The notes under the pieces are model-generated. The model was not told where the DNA came from. It was given only the letters and a program-made list of their open reading frames with translations, and ran no database searches. Shown here piece after piece: positions 46,976 to 54,721 of a DNA stretch of 64,000 nucleotides. Made by a program: the position numbers and the translations under genes. Location: assembly GCA_016204005.1 (NCBI GenBank), contig JACQLS010000001.1:105-64104 (forward strand), read 5' to 3'. The number at the start of each line of letters is the position of its first letter. The first letter of the stretch is position 1. The stretch is from Parcubacteria group bacterium (GTDB lineage: Bacteria; Patescibacteriota; Minisyncoccia; Phycocordibacterales; UBA2135).

Positions 46976-48295
46976 TTACCGCCTCTCCCACTCCTTATCT
47001 TGCCGAACCAAAAGTTCGCTAGCACGCTTTGGTTCTGCCATAATCATCTTCACGGTCTTTTCAAGGCGAATGCCTTGTGAGCCCTTCACCAAGACGATAT
47101 CGCCTTCCTTGAGAAACCCCTTGAGAAACTCCCCTGCTTCTGTTGCATTAGGAAAGTGGAATATATTACTCTTTTTCATCTTCTTCGAACGCGCGCCCTC
47201 CTCAAACCAGACCGCGCGAACCCCAACAGTTATTAAGACCGTGCACACCTCGCCCGCGAGCGCCCCGATTTTTTTGTGTTCCGTGACGCTTTCCTTACCA
47301 AGCTCAAGCATATCCCCCAATACGGCAATCTTTCTAACGCCAGGAGAGGCATCTTCTGCCATCTTCACGTGTATCTCCCGAAGTGTTTCAAGCGCTTCAC
47401 GGGCCGCTCCTGGCGAAGAATTATAGGTATCGTCGATAACGAGCGTGTTATTCACGCCCCTCAACACTCTCATCCTCCCTGGGGCAGTCGCAATGGAAGA
47501 AAGCGCGCGCGAAAGATCTTTAAGCGGAATACCCAAGGCAAGGCCAACTGCTCCAGCGGCAAGGAGCGCGTACAGCACGGGGTTGCCTAAGACATTTTTC
47601 ACCTTCGCCTCTTTTTTGTCTCCCCCGTGCGCTATCTCGAACTCCATACCGCTTGGCGCCCCATTGTCATCATACGAAAGACGCTTCGCCGTTCCCCGAA
47701 CATCAGCGAATTCACCAAATCCAAATGAAATAGAGGTGCCTTTATGTTCTTTTCGAAGCGCGTATACCTCTTCGTCATCGGCATTGACGACTAGAGTGCC
47801 GTTCTCTTTTAGGACACGGGCGAGCATTTTTTTCTCACTAACAAGCGCATCCCGTGAAGAAAAGTTTTCAAGATGTACGGGGGTTTCGCTAAAACGCGTC
47901 ACAACTACAACATCCGGAGTGAGCCATTGGGTAATACGGCGCATATCGCCCGGGTGGTCCACGCCAATTTCAAGCACGAGCCAGTCCGGGTAGTGATTTT
48001 TGAAACAAATAAGAAGAATCCCCTCAAAAAAAATTTTAAGCCATATGACGGGGTTTCCCCATGCGTTTTCCGCTCCAAGGATAGTGAGCGGCACACCAAT
48101 TTCAGAGTTGTAGCTCTTCTTTGATGCGCGAACAAAAAAACGCTGTTCAAGCACAGCCCTAACTGCGTCTTTTGTCCCCGTCTTGCCGACGCTCCCCGTA
48201 ACTGCGATGATTTTGGGCTTATATTTACGCAAAACCGCTCGCGCCTCGAACGTCAGGATAGCAACAACGATTTTTTTGATTAGCTGCTTAAACAT
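46976..48295 (-). CDS. murF: UDP-N-acetylmuramoyl-tripeptide--D-alanyl-D-alanine ligase
   Basis: IAVTGSVGKTGTKD P-loop, Mur ligase layout. Follows ftsI. Confidence 0.9.
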   Translation of the reverse strand: MFKQLIKKIVVAILTFEARAVLRKYKPKIIAVTGSVGKTGTKDAVRAVLEQRFFVRASKKSYNSEIGVPLTILGAENAWGNPVIWLKIFFEGILLICFKNHYPDWLVLEIGVDHPGDMRRITQWLTPDVVVVTRFSETPVHLENFSSRDALVSEKKMLARVLKENGTLVVNADDEEVYALRKEHKGTSISFGFGEFADVRGTAKRLSYDDNGAPSGMEFEIAHGGDKKEAKVKNVLGNPVLYALLAAGAVGLALGIPLKDLSRALSSIATAPGRMRVLRGVNNTLVIDDTYNSSPGAAREALETLREIHVKMAEDASPGVRKIAVLGDMLELGKESVTEHKKIGALAGEVCTVLITVGVRAVWFEEGARSKKMKKSNIFHFPNATEAGEFLKGFLKEGDIVLVKGSQGIRLEKTVKMIMAEPKRASELLVRQDKEWERR

Positions 48296-48319
48296 CGCAC
48301 ATCTTGCATAATAAATCTT

Positions 48320-50032
48320 TTAACGATCCGGGGGTACTTCGTAATAATTGATCAAAAACTTTGCTGTTTCCATAAATGGATTTGTCAGTGTTTCTGATGC
48401 ATATCGCACCCCTTTCGGATTCACGATATAGTAGAACACAAAAAACTTTGGATCAAAAGCCGGGAAATATCCAAAAAAGGAATGAAGAAATTTGTTGTCA
48501 TAGTACCCACCGCTTTCAGCTTTCGCGATCTGCGCAGTTCCGGTCTTTGCGGCGACACTCCAATGCGGCAGAGAAACTCCACCGCCGGCAAGCGCCTCGT
48601 CTACGACCCGTACAAGCATACGTGTAATCTCCTCGGAGGTTTCTTCTTTAAGGACCCTCTTCTCTCCACCATAGGAAATCTCGTATGTCCCAAATTTATG
48701 GTTGATGCGCGAAGCGACGTGCGGCGTTATTAAGACACCGCCATTGGCAAGAGCAGAAAGTGCTCGTACCATGGCGACGGGCGAGACAGCAATACCCTGC
48801 CCGAACGATGCTGTTGCGTGCTCAATGTCACGGGGGCTTAGAAGATTATCGATGAGGCCATGCGTTTCATTGGGGAGATCTATGCCTGTCTCCTCACCAA
48901 GGCCGAAAGACTTCATGTATGCGCTGAAGCGCTCTCTCCCCAATTGTTGCATAACATAGACAGCCCCCGTGTTAAGAGATTGGTTTAACACCTCCTGCAT
49001 GGACACTTCTCCCCGCCCCTTACCGTCGTGGTTCTGGATACGTGCCTGATTTAAGACAACATACCCTTTGTCATAATAGGTTTCTTTGGGAGAGACAACG
49101 CCCGCGTCAATTCCAGCCGCCATCGTAAGCGGCTTCATAATGGAACCAAGCTCATAGACGTCTTCAACTAATGAGTTAGAGAAAACAGTGTACGATGACA
49201 CGTCGCTGAAATCATTGGGGTCAAAGGTGGGGCGGGCCGCCATGGCGTATATCTCTCCATTTTTAGGGTTCACTACAATCGCGCCGCCGGAGTCGGCTTT
49301 CCACTCATCCATAATCCCGTTCAACGAATGCTCGAGAAAACGCTCGACTTCCGGCTCTAGGGTAAGGACCAAGTCGCCCTCACGCGGTGCCCGCTCGTAA
49401 AGCAGTGTTTCCCGAAGGCCCGCGAAGGCATCCGCAAAAAAATTAATACGGACTTCTTCCTCTACTCTTGCGAGCGTGTCTTCGTAGTAGCGTTCAACAC
49501 CGTACCTTCCACGCAACCGCTCCCCTTCGTACCCGACAAACCCTAATACGTGCGCTCCGAGCTCCTCACTCGGGTAAAAACGCCACTTCTCTTCATACAC
49601 CCCAACGCCAGGCAGTTTGAGCGCACGCACGCGTTCGGCAAGCTCTTCAGGAAGACGCGTTTTAATTTCTTCGTATGGGTCATCGCGTTTAGCGGCCTTA
49701 AGGAGAAACGCATCGAGATTAAGATCGGGCACAATAGAAGAGAGCTTTTGAAACGCGTCTTCGGAGTCTCCGAGTTCTCTTGGATTTATCGCGAGCGTAT
49801 ACCCCCGGGCAAGCGTTGCCGCTGAGAGAAGTGTGCCATCTTTTTTTGTGAAATAGATTGATCCGCGTTTAAAAGAATCTGCAACCGGGGAAACATATTG
49901 CGCATGGGCGCGCTCGCTATATTCTCCGCCATAGATAATCTGGACTAAAAAAAGCTTCCCCAAAAGTACGAGGGCAAGTAAAAAGACTACAACATATAAT
50001 AGGTTAATCCGGGTCGCGGGTGCTGTTATCAT
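48320..50032 (-). CDS. ftsI: class B penicillin-binding protein (FtsI-type transpeptidase)
   Basis: GSIMKPLT (SxxK), QSLNTGA (SxN), AAKTGTAQ (KTG). N-terminal TM. dcw context. Confidence 0.9.
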   Translation of the reverse strand: MITAPATRINLLYVVVFLLALVLLGKLFLVQIIYGGEYSERAHAQYVSPVADSFKRGSIYFTKKDGTLLSAATLARGYTLAINPRELGDSEDAFQKLSSIVPDLNLDAFLLKAAKRDDPYEEIKTRLPEELAERVRALKLPGVGVYEEKWRFYPSEELGAHVLGFVGYEGERLRGRYGVERYYEDTLARVEEEVRINFFADAFAGLRETLLYERAPREGDLVLTLEPEVERFLEHSLNGIMDEWKADSGGAIVVNPKNGEIYAMAARPTFDPNDFSDVSSYTVFSNSLVEDVYELGSIMKPLTMAAGIDAGVVSPKETYYDKGYVVLNQARIQNHDGKGRGEVSMQEVLNQSLNTGAVYVMQQLGRERFSAYMKSFGLGEETGIDLPNETHGLIDNLLSPRDIEHATASFGQGIAVSPVAMVRALSALANGGVLITPHVASRINHKFGTYEISYGGEKRVLKEETSEEITRMLVRVVDEALAGGGVSLPHWSVAAKTGTAQIAKAESGGYYDNKFLHSFFGYFPAFDPKFFVFYYIVNPKGVRYASETLTNPFMETAKFLINYYEVPPDR

Positions 50033-50160
50033 AATTCACGTCACGCCATGCGTGACGTTCAGGTTACAGGTTGCAGTTTTCAGGTTACAGATACGCGGTT
50101 CTGTTCACTGTAACCTGTCACCTGTTCACTATTCGCATCGTACTACGGGCGATGCGAGCA

Positions 50161-50475
50161 TTATTCCCCGCCGAGAGTAAGACCGACAAGCTGACGTTCA
50201 GTGACAAAGACTTTTCTTGTTGGTTCCACAAAGCCAAGCGCGCGTGCTCTATCTTTATGCAAGGTATTTTTCAGAGTATTATACTCCTTTTCGAGCTCGG
50301 CCAACAGAGCCTGTCGTTCATCGATTGAGTCTTTCACAACCTTATATTCCACGAGTGCGAATGTCCGCGCGTTAACCAAGAATACGTACGACACAACGAT
50401 AAGCGTGCATGAAAAGAGGAGGCTCCAGAAGAGTCGTTTTTCAAAGGTGTTTACTTGTCGTGTTACATTAAACAT
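50161..50475 (-). CDS. FtsL-like small bitopic division protein (putative)
   Basis: Position between rsmH and ftsI. One TM (LFWSLLFSCTLIVVSYVFLV) followed by a coiled coil. ATG at 50475 overlaps the rsmH stop by 8 nt. Confidence 0.5.
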   Translation of the reverse strand: MFNVTRQVNTFEKRLFWSLLFSCTLIVVSYVFLVNARTFALVEYKVVKDSIDERQALLAELEKEYNTLKNTLHKDRARALGFVEPTRKVFVTERQLVGLTLGGE

Positions 50476-51364
50476 TGTTTTTTTGTATGATTCGCAACTT
50501 TGCGCTTCGTGCACGTGGATTCCGCCGAACCTCTTCGTCACCTCCTTGAATGGGCTTCTTAGTTATGAGTTGGTACCCTTCTCCTGACAACTCACGGAAA
50601 AGCTGTTTGACGATTCTGTCTTCGCCGCTATGAAAACTAATGACTGCGATGCGGCCTCCGGGGGCAAGCACAGCTGATGCTTTCTCGAGCCCCTCCTCTA
50701 GCGCCCCAAACTCATCATTAACCGCAATGCGAAGGGCTTGAAATGTTTTAGTCGCGGGATGTATCTTTCCCCTTCGGAAAGAGCCGGGCATGCTTTTCTC
50801 AATTATTGAGACGAGCTCTTGTGTTCCGAGGATGTGCTTCTCTCTGCGTCTCTCGACAATGCCGCGCGCGATCCTCTTTGCAAATCGTTCGTCACCGTAT
50901 TCAAAAAGAATCCGAGCAATTTCTTCTTCTCCATACGTGTTGACAATCACTGCCGCAGTAAGTTCTTCATGCGCTGGGTTCGCGTCATACGTCATAAGGA
51001 GTGGCTCATCTTTCATGAAAGAGAATCCCCGTCCCGATTCCGTAATCTCTTCGAGACGTGTTCCGAGATCAAAGAGCGCTTTATCAAGAGTGTCGATACT
51101 AAGGTCGCGGAGCACAGAATCAAGATTCCTAAAATTTGATTTTCTAAGGAAGACCTTCGCCTTTGAGTGAGCAAGATTTTTTGCCGCCTCTTGTAGCGCC
51201 TTCTCGTCAAGGTCGAGACCGATGAGCGTTCCCGCCTCCCCGATCCCGGCACATATCTCCTTGGAATGACCGCCGTTACCGACTGTAGCGTCGAGCACGA
51301 TATCGCCTTCCTCCAAAGCAAGGCCTTCTAAACTTTCGTGTAAAAGAACGGGGGTATGTGCCAT
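50468..51364 (-). CDS. rsmH: 16S rRNA (cytosine1402-N4)-methyltransferase
   Basis: HTPVLLHESLEGL, LDATVGNGGHS, GGRIAVISFHSGEDRIVK. ATG at 51364 lies just after the mraZ stop. Confidence 0.93.
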   Translation of the reverse strand: MAHTPVLLHESLEGLALEEGDIVLDATVGNGGHSKEICAGIGEAGTLIGLDLDEKALQEAAKNLAHSKAKVFLRKSNFRNLDSVLRDLSIDTLDKALFDLGTRLEEITESGRGFSFMKDEPLLMTYDANPAHEELTAAVIVNTYGEEEIARILFEYGDERFAKRIARGIVERRREKHILGTQELVSIIEKSMPGSFRRGKIHPATKTFQALRIAVNDEFGALEEGLEKASAVLAPGGRIAVISFHSGEDRIVKQLFRELSGEGYQLITKKPIQGGDEEVRRNPRARSAKLRIIQKNNV

Positions 51365-51368
51365 ACGC

Positions 51369-51803
51369 TTATATGGCACCGATCTCGCCCAACTTTTCTG
51401 CCAATTCATCTGCCTTCTTCTCGATACTGCGACGGTATGTGTCCCATGTCTTTTCATCCCAGATTTCAACGTGGTCATTGACACCAACCAAGACGACCTT
51501 GCTTTGAAGACGCGCGAATTCTTTTAAGAAATCTGGGACTAGGACGCGCCCGAGCGAATCAACTTCAGCGTCTACCGCGCCCCCCAACATGAATCGGTTA
51601 ACTCCTCGCTGGTCTCTTTGCCCCATCGAGAGCGTGCGCAGTTTGTCGAGAACTCCTTGCCATTCTTTTTGTGGGTATACATACAGACACGAATCAAAGC
51701 CACGAGTGACGATAATGTTCTTCCCTAGTTCCTTACGAAACTTCACCGGCACGGATAACCGTTTTTTTGCGTCTATTGAGTGTCGGTATTCGCCGATGAG
51801 CAT
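51369..51803 (-). CDS. mraZ: transcriptional regulator MraZ
   Basis: Two SpoVT/AbrB-like halves, IDAKKRLSVPVKFRKEL and VDSLGRVLVPDFLKEFA. ATG at 51803 (MLIGEY) preferred over GTG at 51812. Confidence 0.92.
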   Translation of the reverse strand: MLIGEYRHSIDAKKRLSVPVKFRKELGKNIIVTRGFDSCLYVYPQKEWQGVLDKLRTLSMGQRDQRGVNRFMLGGAVDAEVDSLGRVLVPDFLKEFARLQSKVVLVGVNDHVEIWDEKTWDTYRRSIEKKADELAEKLGEIGAI

Positions 51804-51805
51804 AT

Positions 51806-51860
51806 TTCCCACAATCTACCACTTATCGTATATTTTATACCATTTTCTCCCACTATCCAA
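51806..51860 (-). promoter_or_regulatory. Pmra promoter with GTGG(G/T) direct repeats (candidate MraZ boxes)
   Basis: Minus strand TTGGAT (51860..51855), 17 nt, TAAAAT (51837..51832). GTGGG lies in the spacer (51853..51849). GTGGT (51822..51818) and GTGGG (51812..51808) are 10 nt apart in the leader. Confidence 0.6.
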
Positions 51861-52000
51861 AACTTGTTATCCACAGGGTCACACCGAACAAAAAACAGCC
51901 CCGACAAGGTTGTCGAAGCTGTTTTTCTCCTGCCTCTAAGGATTCAACCTTCTAGGGCTTTGATATGAAAATGCTCTGAAATATAAGCATTTTAGCACCC

Positions 52001-53467
52001 CTATTGATTTCGGGGCCTCATCGTGGGGAAGAGAATGGTCTCTTTGATGTTCGCAGTGTCGGTTAGGAACATGACAAGCCTGTCAATGCCGATGCCCACT
52101 CCGCCTGCTGGCGGCATACCGTATTCCATTGCCTCAATAAAGTCGAGGTCAAGTGGTTGCGCCTCCTCATCGCCACCTTTTCGGAACTCTTCTTGCGCCC
52201 TAAGGCGCTTTTCTTGATCGAGCGGATCATTCAATTCTGAAAATGCTTTTACGAGTTCGATACCGCCCGCGTATAGCTGAAATGCGTCAACTTTTGATTC
52301 ATCTTTGGGATTCTTTTTTGCAAGGGGCAAGTTCTCTGCCGGATAATCAGTGACAAATGTCGGCTCGATAAGTTTGGGGCGACATGCTCGCTTAAAAATT
52401 TTATCGAGGATTTTTGCTTTATTGTCACCCGCCTCAATGTTGGCCCCTAACGCCTTCGCCTTTTCCCTCACCTCTTCGAAAGAAAGTTTGAGTATGTGCG
52501 GAATGAGGGCGTGACGCGCCAACACATCAGCGTATTTTTCACGCGCAAACCTTTTAGAAAAATCTATTGTGCCCCCTCCGAGGGAGATCGACGTGCCACC
52601 ACTCACTGTCTTTACCAGAACTTTTAAAAGTTTTTCCGTAAATGCCATCTGCTTTTTCGCGTCCGAATAAGCTTCGTAGAATTCGAGCATTGTGAATTCA
52701 GGATAGTGCGTCACGTCAATTCCTTCGTTTCGAAAATTCTTGCTTAGCTCATAAACCTTCGGGAGCCCTCCGATGAGAAGCCGTTTTAAATAGAGTTCGT
52801 CAGAGATGCGGAGGAAAAGATCGCTATCAAGCGCATCATGGTGCGTTGTAAAAGGCTCAGCAGACGCTCCCCCATACATCGACTGCAGGATAGGGGTTTC
52901 AACTTCCATATACCCATTCTTGTCCAAGAAAGAACGGATGGCACTCACCACCTTCGTCCTTACCTTAAAACGTAGGACGGATTCTTCATTTGAGACAAGG
53001 TCGAGGTAGCGGCGCCTAAAGCGCTCTTCATTGTCTTTGAGGCCATGCCATTTTTCCGGTAACGGACGTAGGCTCTTTGCCAACATCTTCCACTCCCGAA
53101 CAAAAAGGGTTTTCTCGCCGCGCATGGTCTTTGAGAGGATTCCTCCGATCTCAATGAAATCACCGACATCGACTGTGTCTGTAAAAAGTGAAAAAGATTT
53201 TTCGCCTACTTCGTCTTTCTTTATTGCACCCTGGAATCGCCCTGTCCCGTCATCAAAATGGAGAAAGAGGAGACCGCCTTGCCCACGGATGGAGTAGACA
53301 CGCCCCGCCATCACAACCGTCTTCTTTTCAAAAAGAAGCTCGAAGTTTTTAAGAGCTTTTTCGACTGAAAGGTTTCGCCGCGTCGAGATGGGGTACGGGT
53401 TGAAGCCGCTCTCTTTTAGGAGATTTAGTTTCTTCAGACGCTCGTTTCGTATTTCCTCTAAGGACAT
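52001..53467 (-). CDS. lysS: lysine--tRNA ligase (class II)
   Basis: NFRNEGIDVTHYPEFTMLEFYEAY (motif 2), PAGGVGIGIDRLVMFL (motif 3). Confidence 0.95.
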   Translation of the reverse strand: MSLEEIRNERLKKLNLLKESGFNPYPISTRRNLSVEKALKNFELLFEKKTVVMAGRVYSIRGQGGLLFLHFDDGTGRFQGAIKKDEVGEKSFSLFTDTVDVGDFIEIGGILSKTMRGEKTLFVREWKMLAKSLRPLPEKWHGLKDNEERFRRRYLDLVSNEESVLRFKVRTKVVSAIRSFLDKNGYMEVETPILQSMYGGASAEPFTTHHDALDSDLFLRISDELYLKRLLIGGLPKVYELSKNFRNEGIDVTHYPEFTMLEFYEAYSDAKKQMAFTEKLLKVLVKTVSGGTSISLGGGTIDFSKRFAREKYADVLARHALIPHILKLSFEEVREKAKALGANIEAGDNKAKILDKIFKRACRPKLIEPTFVTDYPAENLPLAKKNPKDESKVDAFQLYAGGIELVKAFSELNDPLDQEKRLRAQEEFRKGGDEEAQPLDLDFIEAMEYGMPPAGGVGIGIDRLVMFLTDTANIKETILFPTMRPRNQ

Positions 53468-53468
53468 A

Positions 53469-53927
53469 TTACTTCACACTCAACACCGTACACTCCATTG
53501 TCCCACTTGGTGCTTCGTACGTGACAACGTCGCCTTTTTTCTTACCTAACAATGCCTCACCCAAAGGAGAGCGATTCGAGATCTTTCCCTCTCGTATATT
53601 TGCCTCCTCAGCACCCACAAGGGTAAAAGCCTGCTCACTTCCATTCTTTCGAATAGTCACGGTGCTTCCGATCCCTATAGTGTCCCCAGCGTGTGTGGAG
53701 ACGATCTCTGCGGACTTGAGGAGATTCTCCAACACCGAAATGCGCTCTTCAATAGCGTTTTGGGACTCACGCGCCTCCTGATATTCTGAGTTTTCAGAAA
53801 GATCCCCGAGTGATTTTGCATATTCGAGTTTCTCTGCGATTTCCTTTCGGCGCACGGTCTTTAGTTCCAAGAGTTCCTTCTCAAGCTCTTCATATTTCTC
53901 TTTTGAAAGGTAGTTTTTGTCTTCCAT
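53469..53927 (-). CDS. greA: transcription elongation factor GreA
   Basis: N-terminal coiled coil, C-terminal GKISNRSPLGEALLGKKKGDVV. Confidence 0.93.
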   Translation of the reverse strand: MEDKNYLSKEKYEELEKELLELKTVRRKEIAEKLEYAKSLGDLSENSEYQEARESQNAIEERISVLENLLKSAEIVSTHAGDTIGIGSTVTIRKNGSEQAFTLVGAEEANIREGKISNRSPLGEALLGKKKGDVVTYEAPSGTMECTVLSVK

Positions 53928-54032
53928 AAATAATATTCATTATGTGAGATGATACGTCTTACTTTACTAGAAAAATGAAAAAAGCGCAATGCAATCCAAA
54001 GTATTGCTCTGCGCTTCAATTATTCCGGAAGA

Positions 54033-54692
54033 TCACTGCCTCTCCCGACAAAATGCTGACCCGATGTTACCACTCAAGGTGTTATTATCGCTCAAACGGA
54101 GCACTGGCCTCCTGTCGCCGTCGAGTGTGATGAATGGTACTGACGCACCAAGCTGGCGCCGCCAAGAACCAGACGACCATAACCCATGATGTTCCAATAC
54201 TGGCGTGTGCACGGCAAGGGCAATGTCTTCAGCCACCACATGCGGGTGCCCGTGGACATCTCCCAAGATTCTTTCCCGAGCGATAGCTGGCGTCACGCCA
54301 AGTATGTTCCTGCCATCTTCCACGCCAAAGATGTAGTAGGGCGTCTCTGGTGTTCTCTCGAGCTGTGAGAAAGCGCTTGGCTCAAGTTGGACAACCCCCA
54401 CCTCTTCTCCACAGCGCACCATCGACATAAGAAAGCGGATGAAGGAAACATCATCGTATTGCAGAGGAATAACCGGCAAGAAAATCTGGACCCCTTCTTG
54501 AGCAAGCTCGGAGAGTGGCCTGCCATCGTATTGCCACGTCCAAACCTTAAGGGCTAGAGGAATCACGACATCCTTCTTGCCGCGAAGCATTCCCGTGAGC
54601 ACTCTCGGTGTATCGCGTGATTGTAGAGTCTTTAGTTGAACGTCAAAAAGAGCGCTGAGCTCGTTCAGGCGGCTGTTTGTGTTTTCTCCCAC
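54033..54692 (-). CDS. hypothetical protein (possibly DUF5701-like)
   Basis: GTG start with strong GAGGAGG 7 nt upstream, 29 nt after the mrdA stop, own terminator. The C-terminal LAVHTPVLEHHGLWSSGSW...GSAFCRER pattern is recalled from an uncharacterised family, unverified. Confidence 0.6.
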   Translation of the reverse strand: MGENTNSRLNELSALFDVQLKTLQSRDTPRVLTGMLRGKKDVVIPLALKVWTWQYDGRPLSELAQEGVQIFLPVIPLQYDDVSFIRFLMSMVRCGEEVGVVQLEPSAFSQLERTPETPYYIFGVEDGRNILGVTPAIARERILGDVHGHPHVVAEDIALAVHTPVLEHHGLWSSGSWRRQLGASVPFITLDGDRRPVLRLSDNNTLSGNIGSAFCRERQ

Positions 54693-54721
54693 CGCTTGTC
54701 CTCCTCATTTGCTCCCCTAAA

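Noticed and set aside
50060-50117. CAGGTTACAG / CTGTAACCTG repeats as a possible miniature CRISPR array
   Set aside because: The repeats are only 10 bp, in mixed orientation, with 3-4 copies and no regular repeat-spacer periodicity. There are no cas genes in the window.
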